A DNA stretch of 64,000 nucleotides from a virus, in IMG/VR virus record IMGVR_UViG_3300020408_000003, positions 1 through 64,000 of that record; one strand, given 5' to 3'. Position 1 is the stretch's first letter. Every line of letters begins with the position of its first letter. The translations under genes were made by a program, and so were the position numbers. The notes below the pieces were generated by a model. The model was given only the letters and a program-made list of their open reading frames with translations. It searched no databases and was not told where the DNA came from. Positions 17,596 through 26,888 of the stretch are shown here, piece after piece.

Positions 17596-17708
17596 TGGCT
17601 CTGGGAGAAGGATTCGAACCTTCACGCTAGATAAATAACTTTTTACACTAATTATTATCTAACAACCAATAAACAGTTGATCGCGTCTACCAATTCCGCC
17701 ACCCCAGA
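17596..17708 (-). tRNA. Non-canonical tRNA-Asn(GUU) with 41-nt variable arm
   Basis: Acceptor TCTGGGG/TCCCAGA-G-CCA; D arm GCGGAATTGGTAGACGC; anticodon stem ATCAA/TTGGT with loop CTGTTTA; T arm GAAGG-TTCGAAT-CCTTC. Confidence 0.85.
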
Positions 17709-17714
17709 ATAATT

Positions 17715-18605
17715 TTATGGTCTAGGATTACCGTATGATTGTGCAAATCCATGCATTACTCCACTTTTAGGATCAACAAATTCAGTAGTAAAATTTGCAT
17801 TTACTCTTTTGTGCGCTTTTATCATTCGAGTCACACCAATTCCACCACCAACTCTTGGAAAAAATTCAAACTTTAAAAATTCATCAAGTTCTTTTTGCAC
17901 TCTTTCTTTACCAAATAAATCATAAAGTAATTGAGCATACTGTCCATCTGATATAGTTTCAAAAGTATTTCTCATTTGATCTACGTCTGTGCTTCTTTCA
18001 GCAGATCCAATTGTTTCCATACCATTTAAAATAACGTCAATCTTTTTACTTGTTTTGCCGTCTTCATTTCTTGTCATATTCCAAAAAGGTGATGTATGTT
18101 CTGGAAATTTAGTAATCATGCCCCAATCAATTTGTTTTTCATGGTAATTATCAAGTTCATCTGTATTAAATTCTAAACACCATTCTTCATATGTTTTTTC
18201 ATCTAACTTAGGAAATCCCATATATTCACATAATTCGATTTCTAATTTTTTTAGATCATCAATGTCACCTGGCATTTCAAATTCAAACATTGGAAAGATT
18301 GTTTCATGTCTTCCTTGTATTGGATTTGGTTCTTGTCTATAACTTGTTGAAAGACAAAAATAACCTGGTGAATTCGGGCCACCGTGTGCTAGCAATTCGT
18401 GTTCTAACCACATTTGCCCAGTTTGGGGTAATGGCCAAACTTCTCCATCATAATTATAAATTCCTACTGTTTCAGGATCTTCACACGCTGCTAATATACT
18501 TAATCTATTTTGTGTATGTACTTCCCACCAACCTTTTTCCAAAAAAAAGGACCGTAAACGGCCCACTGTAAAACTATAATCTTGTGAATTAATCAACTTT
18601 GTCAT
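17715..18605 (-). CDS. Class IIb aminoacyl-tRNA synthetase catalytic domain only (AsnRS-like / archaeal-type asparagine synthetase-like)
   Basis: Motif 1 LRSFFLEKGWWEVHT, LPQTGQMWLE, motif 2 SYRQE..GRH..FPMFEFE, ETIGSAER, motif 3 GGGIGVTRM; no N-terminal OB fold. Confidence 0.85.
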   Translation of the reverse strand: MTKLINSQDYSFTVGRLRSFFLEKGWWEVHTQNRLSILAACEDPETVGIYNYDGEVWPLPQTGQMWLEHELLAHGGPNSPGYFCLSTSYRQEPNPIQGRHETIFPMFEFEMPGDIDDLKKLEIELCEYMGFPKLDEKTYEEWCLEFNTDELDNYHEKQIDWGMITKFPEHTSPFWNMTRNEDGKTSKKIDVILNGMETIGSAERSTDVDQMRNTFETISDGQYAQLLYDLFGKERVQKELDEFLKFEFFPRVGGGIGVTRMIKAHKRVNANFTTEFVDPKSGVMHGFAQSYGNPRP

Positions 18606-18626
18606 ACTTGCTCCTTTTTTAAATTT

Positions 18627-18634
18627 TATTTATA
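18627..18634 (-). promoter_or_regulatory. Late promoter for the synthetase-like gene and tRNA
   Basis: TATAAATA, then AGGAG and ATG at 18605. Confidence 0.75.
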
Positions 18635-18639
18635 CCTTA

Positions 18640-19317
18640 TTATTGTATGTTTGGAAATATTTCTGAAATAACTTTAGCACATTCAACAGCAACAAGTCTA
18701 TGTTCTTTCTGTGTTCCGTTAGCAGATCGTAATTCTATAAAATGAATCCAAGATCTTAAAGTTCCACTCATGTATAATCTACTTTTTGTTAATCCTTCTG
18801 GCAAAACAGCTCGAGCTTGTTCTTTTGCAATGCCATGTTCTACAGCCCATTTATAGACTTCTCTACATTGATTTATAACTCCTGTTTGTCGTCTTTGCCA
18901 TTCTGTAATCAACTCTTGCATTTTTTTATCATTCTGAATACTCGGATCATTTTCTATTTCAATACTATTTTGTCTGTTCTTTTCATCTTGCAATCTACAT
19001 TCACGAGTTGTAAAAGATAAATCGTCAGTAGGATCTGCATATCTTTGACTAAACTCTTGAAATGAAAATGATCTGTGTCTGAGTATTTGTCTGGCAATGT
19101 CTCGAGTTGTTTCTATCTCCAAGCAAGCGCTAACCATTTCGAAGGGCGACCAATGCTTGTTTTTGATAAGATAACGTAAGAGCTTTTCTGACGTTTTTTT
19201 GTTGGTTTGGTTCGATGGATTGGAAACACGGGCGCAATACGCAACGAGATCTTTGGCATCTTCTACTCCCTCCATTTTCTCAAATGGTTTACTGTAACTT
19301 ATAAGTTTTACGTTCAT
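18640..19317 (-). CDS. thyX: FAD-dependent thymidylate synthase
   Basis: HWSPFE, RQILRHRSFSFQEFSQRY, TQKEHR. Confidence 0.97.
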   Translation of the reverse strand: MNVKLISYSKPFEKMEGVEDAKDLVAYCARVSNPSNQTNKKTSEKLLRYLIKNKHWSPFEMVSACLEIETTRDIARQILRHRSFSFQEFSQRYADPTDDLSFTTRECRLQDEKNRQNSIEIENDPSIQNDKKMQELITEWQRRQTGVINQCREVYKWAVEHGIAKEQARAVLPEGLTKSRLYMSGTLRSWIHFIELRSANGTQKEHRLVAVECAKVISEIFPNIQ

Positions 19318-19562
19318 GTTGTAACTTCCAACTCACTTTTAATTTTTTCAACAACCTTTTCGTTTACGCATGAAATCATATGCGGTTCATTATCTGGTCC
19401 AAATTCCGCAAATAATCTACGCATTATCGGAAACATATTAATTTGAGTAAATCTAGCACATTGTTCCCATGTATTAAATTTATGCGTATCAAATACGTAA
19501 ATATCACGTGTACCCTGTTCAACATTAATTACTGACATCATTGCTACTATTAAAAATTTCAT
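19314..19562 (-). CDS. Small two-Cys protein with hydrophobic N-terminus
   Basis: FNTWEQC...ISCV. Confidence 0.6.
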   Translation of the reverse strand: MKFLIVAMMSVINVEQGTRDIYVFDTHKFNTWEQCARFTQINMFPIMRRLFAEFGPDNEPHMISCVNEKVVEKIKSELEVTT

Positions 19563-20213
19563 TTAACTTTCCTTTATCATTGTCCAAAAACCGGATCCTG
19601 TTTCAAAATCATGATGATCAAATTTACGTCTATGTTCTTTTAAAAAACCATCAATAGCTCTAACTGTTCCTTGATGACTAGGATGATAATCATCGCCGCA
19701 TATGTATTTTACATCTTTTAAAGCTCGTAATTCTAAAGTAACATTGAAGTAACTGTGTAATCCATCAATATAAACTAGATCCCAATTTGTATCTTTTTCT
19801 AATATTTCTAAACTTTTCTTTTGATGTATTATGTGTTTCATCATAAATCGAGTCGGATGTTGAGACATTACCCAATTAAAAATTTTTCTTTGAGCATTAT
19901 CGTTTTCTTCAACATACATCTTCATAAGATATTCAATCGTAGAATTTCCTTTATGTTTTTCAATCACTCCATTATAATGTTTTTGTTTTAAATAAGGTTC
20001 ATTCATGTCAAAAGTATCACACGTATGAAGTTCAACATCTTTTGGTAAATTATTTAATAATATCCAAGTAGAACATCCCCATGCACAACCGATTTCTAAG
20101 ACTCTTCCACCAGACTTAACATTACGAGCAAATTCACCAAGAGCTTCTAAATGTTTTGGATTATTAAATCCTGGAATATCTAAATAGTGTTTCACTGGTT
20201 TTGGTATAATCAT
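19563..20213 (-). CDS. Class I SAM-dependent methyltransferase (Methyltransf_24-like)
   Basis: VLEIGCAWGCST, YIDGLHSY, GDDY. Confidence 0.85.
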   Translation of the reverse strand: MIIPKPVKHYLDIPGFNNPKHLEALGEFARNVKSGGRVLEIGCAWGCSTWILLNNLPKDVELHTCDTFDMNEPYLKQKHYNGVIEKHKGNSTIEYLMKMYVEENDNAQRKIFNWVMSQHPTRFMMKHIIHQKKSLEILEKDTNWDLVYIDGLHSYFNVTLELRALKDVKYICGDDYHPSHQGTVRAIDGFLKEHRRKFDHHDFETGSGFWTMIKES

Positions 20214-21580
20214 AATTTAAAATCCTCGAACTTTTTACCAGCTGGCGTTTTATCAAAAACCGGTGTATCATCAGTTAAAGTTTGGTGACTTTCTTCAACA
20301 TCGTATAATTTCATTTTACTTCTATCTATTCCAATAACGAAACGTCGATGTTGCGTAGGATCGTTATAGCGATTTTTTAATTGTTTAACCATCATTTGTC
20401 CCATACCATCAAGTTCTTCAGAAGATATCAAAGCAAACATTAGATCTGCAGTAGCTGGCAAACCAAAGCTTTCTGACGTATCTTCTAAACCGATATCAGA
20501 ACTTCCAAACCCAGATCGAGTTGTTTGTGTTGCAGAAAATATGGGTAAATCAAATTCTACGGCTAAACCGCGTAATTCTTCGGCAATCGCTTTGACATAT
20601 GAATAAGAATTAATTGCACCGCCTAAACCTTTCATCCTTGAACTAGCACATATATTTAAATAATCTATGAAGATAATATCTGGTTTAAATTGTTTTTTTA
20701 ATTTTAATTCGTTTAACAAAGATCTAAAATGGCCAGAATGAGCAGCACCTGTAGGATATTCTTTTATTATAAGTTTACCGTTTGTTTTACGAGATATGTC
20801 TTCAACTTTACTAGTAAACATATCTTTAGACATTTTATCTAATTGATCGATAGGGACATTTAATAAATTAGCATCAATACGCTCTGCTATTCTTTCTTCA
20901 GCCATTTCCATTGTAATATATAAAACATTATAACTATCATTTAATGCAGCAGCCGCTACATGGCACATGAAAAGAGACTTACCAACCCCAGTGCCAGCAA
21001 GAGCAATATTAAGAGTTTTATTAGGAACACCTCCCTTAGTGATTTTGTTAAAATACTCCAGATCGAACGGTATACGACTTTCTTCCTTATGATAAAATTC
21101 AAATCTTTCTCCGGCTTGTTCGACATAATCGTGACCTACATTTGTATCAAACGCCACACCTAATGCATCTTGTAATAAACTAGGTAAAGCGTTTTTCGTT
21201 AACTTTTCGTGTTTACCATCTATGATTGAGATGGATTCCATTACGGCATTGTATATAGCTCTATCTTGACACCACTTTTCGGTATTTTCTAAAAGCCATT
21301 TTTCATCAACTTCGTCACCATCAAACAAGTTTTGAGCAATATCAACAGCAGTTGAAAATTGTTCGTTACTTAAATTAGAATGTTCGTTTAATTCTACTAA
21401 GAACGATTCTCGAGTTGGCAACTTGTTGTATTTATCAACGAACTTACCAGCTTCCTTAAATAATGTTTTATACGGACCTTCAAAATATTCTGGTTTGATG
21501 AAAGGTAAAACCTTTCGCATATAATCGTCATCAGTTAATAATTTTCGAAGTATCGTCTGTTCTATTCTCGTATTCATCAA
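20210..21580 (-). CDS. gp41: Replicative DNA helicase
   Basis: LAGTGVGKSL, IDYLNICAS, AEELRGLAVE, SESFGLPATAD. Confidence 0.97.
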   Translation of the reverse strand: MMNTRIEQTILRKLLTDDDYMRKVLPFIKPEYFEGPYKTLFKEAGKFVDKYNKLPTRESFLVELNEHSNLSNEQFSTAVDIAQNLFDGDEVDEKWLLENTEKWCQDRAIYNAVMESISIIDGKHEKLTKNALPSLLQDALGVAFDTNVGHDYVEQAGERFEFYHKEESRIPFDLEYFNKITKGGVPNKTLNIALAGTGVGKSLFMCHVAAAALNDSYNVLYITMEMAEERIAERIDANLLNVPIDQLDKMSKDMFTSKVEDISRKTNGKLIIKEYPTGAAHSGHFRSLLNELKLKKQFKPDIIFIDYLNICASSRMKGLGGAINSYSYVKAIAEELRGLAVEFDLPIFSATQTTRSGFGSSDIGLEDTSESFGLPATADLMFALISSEELDGMGQMMVKQLKNRYNDPTQHRRFVIGIDRSKMKLYDVEESHQTLTDDTPVFDKTPAGKKFEDFKL

Positions 21581-21875
21581 TTCGCTTTTTTTCCTCTAAT
21601 TTTACCCAACCGTCTTTTTCACCTCGTTCTATAATATCTTCTAATACTCTTGCAAGGACAAAATGTAAATCTTCATTATCTACCGTTAAATTTAAATCAG
21701 GACTTTCTATTATGCTAAAGTCATACGTAAATTGCTTTCTCTTTCCATCGAAAGCTACAGTTCCATATTGAACTACAGTTTCAACAAAATCTCCAGTTAA
21801 TATTCTGATATGCCAGGCATGTGAATCACTAGAACTTGGTATGAGTTCGTAGTCTTTATTCTCTTGCATCTTCAA
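21531..21875 (-). CDS. Hypothetical protein at the T4 gp40 position
   Basis: Synteny between uvsX and gp41; similar size. Confidence 0.5.
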   Translation of the reverse strand: MKMQENKDYELIPSSSDSHAWHIRILTGDFVETVVQYGTVAFDGKRKQFTYDFSIIESPDLNLTVDNEDLHFVLARVLEDIIERGEKDGWVKLEEKKRIDEYENRTDDTSKIIN

Positions 21876-22881
21876 TATCTATACTCCTATTACCGCCAAT
21901 TTGATATGCGCTTTTAATATAGTCTTTAAAATCAGTTTTTTCGAAAATTGGTTTCCAAAAATCTTCAACTAAAGTAGATTCATGTCTAACTTTATTTTCT
22001 TCATTTGCACGTGCGTACCACCCAGGCGAAGGCTTAGTCACATAACCACCGGTCATAGCAATATCAAGTAAACCAGAATAAGATAAAACACCGCCTTCCC
22101 AAGAAACAGAAATCGGTATCTTAGATTTTTCTTTTACATACCGTGATTTTTCTACGTTAATAATAAAATGATAACCTTGAATCTCAGTACCTTTTTTATC
22201 TTGTTGCCTACCGATAATCCATATATTGTCAGCACTATAGTATATGCCAGTACCACCAGATACCACGTCTTTTGGAAATAAACCGATTTCTTTGTATGTA
22301 TGATTTACTGCAATGAGTGGTATGTTTTTCATATTTAAATATGGTGTACACATTCTAAATAAACCTTTGAGAGCTTTTGCTCTTGACATATCCGCAACTG
22401 ATTTTTCATTAATAGCATCTTCTAATTCTTTTTTAGAAGCTAAGTTACCAACAGAATCAATCATGATAATAACTCTATCATTACGATCTATACCTTCTAA
22501 TTGACTTATCATATCGAATTTTAATTCTTCAACGTTTGTAATAGGTGTATGTAAAACACGAGAAGTATCAATGTTAAATTGCTGAAAGTAAGATTGAGGT
22601 GAACCAAACTCTGAATCATAAAATAACAGTACAGCGTCTTCATACTTTTTTAAATATGCAGAAGCCATTATCAAACCGAAAGAAGTTTTAAAATGTTTTG
22701 ATGGTCCTGCTAGTACTGTCAAACCAGGTGCTAATCCGCCTTCTGTTGTACCAGATAATGCAACGTTCATCATCGGAACGTCTGTTGGTACCATATCTTT
22801 TTCTGTAAAAAATTTACTTTCAGATAGAATATTTGTATATTCTACTTTACTATTCTTTTTTAATTTATCCATTATCGACAT
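21856..22881 (-). CDS. uvsX: RecA-like recombinase
   Basis: AGPSKHFKT, YDSEFG, DMSRAK, SGGTGIYYSAD. Confidence 0.97.
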   Translation of the reverse strand: MSIMDKLKKNSKVEYTNILSESKFFTEKDMVPTDVPMMNVALSGTTEGGLAPGLTVLAGPSKHFKTSFGLIMASAYLKKYEDAVLLFYDSEFGSPQSYFQQFNIDTSRVLHTPITNVEELKFDMISQLEGIDRNDRVIIMIDSVGNLASKKELEDAINEKSVADMSRAKALKGLFRMCTPYLNMKNIPLIAVNHTYKEIGLFPKDVVSGGTGIYYSADNIWIIGRQQDKKGTEIQGYHFIINVEKSRYVKEKSKIPISVSWEGGVLSYSGLLDIAMTGGYVTKPSPGWYARANEENKVRHESTLVEDFWKPIFEKTDFKDYIKSAYQIGGNRSIDIEDARE

Positions 22882-22890
22882 ATATGTCTC

Positions 22891-23847
22891 CTAATTTTTC
22901 TTATAATAACTTTTATACCACTCAACAAAATCACGAATTCCATTTTCTATATTCGTCATTGGAACGTAGCCTAATTTTTTAATATTGGTTATATCAGCTA
23001 ATGTATGACGAATGTCAGCTTTGTGCATATCACTAAATTTTATTTTTGCCTTACGACCTAAATTTTCTTCAATTAATGATACAAACTTCATGAGCGGTAT
23101 ACTCTCTCCACTTCCAATATTAAATATTTCATGCGTATTAATTCTTTTCACTTTATCTATGAGTAATTGTACACCATTTACGATATCTTGTACATAGGTA
23201 AAATCGCGAGACATTTCTCCATGACCATAAATTTCAATAGGTTGATCTTCTATGATTTTATCAGTAAATTTGTAAAGAGCCATATCTGGTCGACCATGCG
23301 GTCCGTATACAGTAAAGAATCTAAATCCTATTGATGAGGATAAATTGCTGTGTTTAAATTGACATTCATTAACGTATTTTGACCAAGCATAAGGATTTTT
23401 ATGATGTTTAAATTCCATACTTTCTGTAAAGGGCGGTGTTTGACCAGCATAAACGCTTGAAGACGAAGCATACACAATTGGTATTTGTAATTTTTCTGCT
23501 AATTTAATTATGTGCTGTGTTCCAAGTATATTTGTGTTGATATAATTATCAGGATTTTCTAATGAATTTCTTACACCAGCATAAGCTGCTAAATGAACTA
23601 TAACATCAATATCTTCAAAATCTTTTTCATTTAAATCAATTATATCTTTATTGTGTACATTTATATTAAAGGTTTTTAAAAGATCTGCACGGTTTTCTTT
23701 TAGCCACGGATTGTAATACGAATTAAAATTATCGCAACCGGTTACATCATTTCCGTATGTTTTTAATTCCCTTGATCCTTTTTCCACAAAATTTGTCGCT
23801 AAATGATATCCTATAAACCCAGCGATACCAGTAATATAAATTTTCAT
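22891..23847 (-). CDS. NAD-dependent epimerase, UDP-glucuronate 4-epimerase-like
   Basis: ITGIAGFIG, HLAAYAGVRNS, YAWSK, RFFTVYGPHGRPDMA. Confidence 0.9.
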   Translation of the reverse strand: MKIYITGIAGFIGYHLATNFVEKGSRELKTYGNDVTGCDNFNSYYNPWLKENRADLLKTFNINVHNKDIIDLNEKDFEDIDVIVHLAAYAGVRNSLENPDNYINTNILGTQHIIKLAEKLQIPIVYASSSSVYAGQTPPFTESMEFKHHKNPYAWSKYVNECQFKHSNLSSSIGFRFFTVYGPHGRPDMALYKFTDKIIEDQPIEIYGHGEMSRDFTYVQDIVNGVQLLIDKVKRINTHEIFNIGSGESIPLMKFVSLIEENLGRKAKIKFSDMHKADIRHTLADITNIKKLGYVPMTNIENGIRDFVEWYKSYYKKN

Positions 23848-24650
23848 TCATAACTCACGTTTTGTTCTTTTTCTCTATCATCTTTTTCATATTGCAATCT
23901 ATATGTATTGTTTTTCTTGATAACGTATTCTAATATAGGCATACTATTTGTAAAATTAATCCATGCAGATAAATCTTTTGGAAAGCATGCTCCTCCAAAA
24001 CCTCGTTTTCCATCAAATCCTGGTACTCTTGTATGAGATTGGCCAATTCTAGGATCTGTACCAATAGCATTTATAATCTTACCAAAGTTTCCACCGAAAT
24101 TATCTACTGCATCGTATAATTCATTATACCATAAAACCTTTGTTGCTAAAAAACAATTGATTCCGTATTTTACAAAAGATGCGTCAGTCAATGACATATG
24201 AAACGTAGGACAGGGTTTACATATACTATACTCTTTATAAAATTGTTCTACCTTTTCTGTTGTTTCTTTTTGACCTCCAAAGACTTGAATTGAAGGATTG
24301 ATTATATCTTCGTTAGCATTCTTTTCTGTAAGAAATTCTGGATTATATACTATTTTTAAATTATTTAAATTTTTTAAAATATTAGGTGGTATTGTAGATT
24401 TTATAACTATAATTCCACATTTAGTATTTTTTAATTTATTTAAAATATTTTCTAATATGTATGTATTACAAGTACCGTTTTCACTCATAGGAGTTGGCAC
24501 ACAAACAAACGTTATATCAGAATTTATATCAGAATAATTTTCATCATTATTATATTTAGGATCTATAATTTGTTTTTTAACGTCGTATTGAAAAGCATAA
24601 TCAACTGCTTTACCAACAAATCCGTGACCAATGATCGTGATATTAAGCAT
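23844..24650 (-). CDS. UDP-glucose 6-dehydrogenase family protein (lacks C-terminal domain)
   Basis: IGHGFVG, CVPTP, IKSTIPP, NPEFL, GFGGACFPKD. Confidence 0.9.
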   Translation of the reverse strand: MLNITIIGHGFVGKAVDYAFQYDVKKQIIDPKYNNDENYSDINSDITFVCVPTPMSENGTCNTYILENILNKLKNTKCGIIVIKSTIPPNILKNLNNLKIVYNPEFLTEKNANEDIINPSIQVFGGQKETTEKVEQFYKEYSICKPCPTFHMSLTDASFVKYGINCFLATKVLWYNELYDAVDNFGGNFGKIINAIGTDPRIGQSHTRVPGFDGKRGFGGACFPKDLSAWINFTNSMPILEYVIKKNNTYRLQYEKDDREKEQNVSYE

Positions 24651-24656
24651 TGCGAA

Positions 24657-25682
24657 TTAAACCATAAATTCATTTAATGGATGATCTATCTTTCTTTGTA
24701 CACGTATTTCTTTCGGTCTTTTACCGGTATATAATCTTTTAAAACCTCCTGCATTTTTATATGGACCTGCTCTACAAACATTATCAAGAAATCGAATAAA
24801 AATACAAAGAGTATCTTCGTGTTGGGCTGGTGTTGTACCTAATTTTTCTGATAAAGCTATAAGACCTGTATCTGTAAAATCATCAAGAGCCATTCCCTTT
24901 GGTCGTTCAAAACATTCTAGCAATCCATCTCGAGCATTCGATCCACACATCAACATGCTATTTGGATCTACGTTATTCGGATGATAGTGAGCTATATCAG
25001 CAGATGCCATCGCAAATGGAAAGTTCCAACGTTTGATTCCTTCTTGTAAATGATATTCATTTAAAAAATTAGTAGTTGTACGAATTGAACGTGGAGTATT
25101 AGCTCTTACAAATTTAGAACATCTTTCAGCTTGATAAACTCCGTCAGTGCACATATACTCTGCGACGCTTTGACCTTTACGAGGATGCGGAGGAATATTA
25201 CCTACAGACGTATTCATAGATCTTTTTTGTCTTTTCCACTTTCGAGTAAGATCAATCATCTCATCTATCGTTTCATATTTTCCGAAATGAGTTACGATGC
25301 TATTTCTATATCCGTGATCGTAAGTACCGCTAAATCCACTACCAGTTGCTCTATGAAATATATAAGTCCATATCCAGGTTTTTAAAGTCCAACTTTCTGT
25401 TTTATATTTTAAAATACGCTCTTTAACTTGATCTGGTCTTTTATGAAACTGAGGACTTTTTTCTTTGTTTTGCAAATCTTCAAGAACATAATTAAATCCT
25501 TCGGTCCAACGAGAAACAGAATTATACACGCCGTTTTGCATTAATGGATCATTTACTATTTTATTAGCTTCTTCTCCTAACGGATCGGTTGTGCCTATAT
25601 GACAATTGTCTTCTAACCATTTTGCTCTTGGCCAGAAATATTCAACATATGTTTTATAATTTTCTCTTTGTACTAAATTCAT
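24657..25682 (-). CDS. aGPT-pyrophosphorylase-like (HhH-glycosylase fold) DNA base transferase
   Basis: DPLM...N.VSR, FAMASADI...GSNARDGL and EDTLCIFIRF resemble the family patterns DPIL..N..R, GPGA.RGL and E..LCEF.KY; gene context. Confidence 0.6.
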   Translation of the reverse strand: MNLVQRENYKTYVEYFWPRAKWLEDNCHIGTTDPLGEEANKIVNDPLMQNGVYNSVSRWTEGFNYVLEDLQNKEKSPQFHKRPDQVKERILKYKTESWTLKTWIWTYIFHRATGSGFSGTYDHGYRNSIVTHFGKYETIDEMIDLTRKWKRQKRSMNTSVGNIPPHPRKGQSVAEYMCTDGVYQAERCSKFVRANTPRSIRTTTNFLNEYHLQEGIKRWNFPFAMASADIAHYHPNNVDPNSMLMCGSNARDGLLECFERPKGMALDDFTDTGLIALSEKLGTTPAQHEDTLCIFIRFLDNVCRAGPYKNAGGFKRLYTGKRPKEIRVQRKIDHPLNEFMV

Positions 25683-25690
25683 CGTAAATC

Positions 25691-26656
25691 CTATATTGTA
25701 AGTGGATTGCTGCCGAAATCGTTTCTACGATAATTGGGTGGAGCGATATGTACACTTGATCCTTTTTCCATAAAATTCAATGCGTATTTTTCTGGATCCA
25801 TATCATACCAAAAACGAGGTGGCATAACAATATTTCCTTTTGATTCGTCTGTAAGAATACTTATAAAGTCATCAGTAATACGTTTTCTTTCAGATTGAGA
25901 ACCAAAAAATGGTGTACCTTTGTAATATCCAGTTTTAGGAAGTTTACGCTTTTCATATTCTACTGGCACGGGTGCAGCAAATTTAGGATCATCAGTACAC
26001 TCTTTAGCTTGCTTTATGTATTCTTTAATCATTGCTTTTAGATCAACGTTATTGTGTCGAAGTAAATGATGTCGAATGTCTATGGAACCAAAACAAAATG
26101 TAATATTACCTTCTATTGGTTTATCTCGAAATAAATTTTTTAAACCAGTTTTTAAAGCTCCGTGTAAAGTAGCTCCATCTCTACGGTATATCTTATCTGT
26201 TTTATCGCTAAAAGCTAAAGTATGAGAATCGCCTACAGTAATTCCTTTCATATTAAGATCTTCTTGTTTTAAGATAGGAATATTTTTTAATAAAGCTTCA
26301 AGCTTATCGCACCATTGCTCAGTTACTTTATGATACGTACTAGAATTTCCAATTCTTTTTCTAAAATTATCGGTCCATATCTTTATATCCCATTCGAGTG
26401 ATACAATCTTTTTACACATAAAGAGAGTATTAATGCGATCGTAAATATCTCTATCGATACCACCAAAAAGATTAATTGATCCAGTAAAGTTAACTCCATG
26501 ATTAATGTATACTATATCTGCATTTTGAATATTTTTTGTGCACGTATGATCTATCTTCGCATTTAGTTGATCTGCCCATATTTGAGCATAACCAAGATTA
26601 TGAGACTTCGGGGCTTTCGGTATATTCGACAGAGGATTGGTAATTACCAAAGACAT
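25691..26656 (-). CDS. Two-domain hypothetical protein with SGNH-like C-terminal domain (likely start 26656)
   Basis: VGDSH, FGSIDIRHH, SVHI motifs. Confidence 0.55.
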   Translation of the reverse strand: MSLVITNPLSNIPKAPKSHNLGYAQIWADQLNAKIDHTCTKNIQNADIVYINHGVNFTGSINLFGGIDRDIYDRINTLFMCKKIVSLEWDIKIWTDNFRKRIGNSSTYHKVTEQWCDKLEALLKNIPILKQEDLNMKGITVGDSHTLAFSDKTDKIYRRDGATLHGALKTGLKNLFRDKPIEGNITFCFGSIDIRHHLLRHNNVDLKAMIKEYIKQAKECTDDPKFAAPVPVEYEKRKLPKTGYYKGTPFFGSQSERKRITDDFISILTDESKGNIVMPPRFWYDMDPEKYALNFMEKGSSVHIAPPNYRRNDFGSNPLTI

Positions 26657-26888
26657 ATTCAACTCCTGCTTCATTATATATTTTTTCAGATTCAGACCAT
26701 CTTCGTGTCCAAATATCGGGATATCTGTACTTAGGCATTATAACACGTTTTATACCCATTTGTACAATGTTTTTTGTATATTCAGGCGAAGGCGGAAGAC
26801 CGTAAATATATAAATCTGTGCCAATCATGACTTCGCCTTTATCGGTTTCTTTGGCTAAATCTATGTATTTCATATTGTATGAACTCAT
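26598..26888 (-). CDS. Degenerate dCMP deaminase paralog
   Basis: LYIYGLPPSPEYTKNIVQMGIKRV aligns to MYITGLPTCHRCAKAIIQVGIKRV of the neighbouring deaminase. Confidence 0.65.
   Translation of the reverse strand: MSSYNMKYIDLAKETDKGEVMIGTDLYIYGLPPSPEYTKNIVQMGIKRVIMPKYRYPDIWTRRWSESEKIYNEAGVEYVFGNYQSSVEYTESPEVS

Noticed and set aside
17624-17664. tRNA insert as an intron
   Set aside because: Too short for a group I intron, lies in the variable region and folds as a simple stem; no bulge-helix-bulge seen
17670-17676. Reading the tRNA as a UUA suppressor or Lys(UUU), or genome recoding
   Set aside because: The 5-bp stem and 7-nt loop place GUU at 34-36; core genes end normally at TAA, TAG and TGA with no internal stops
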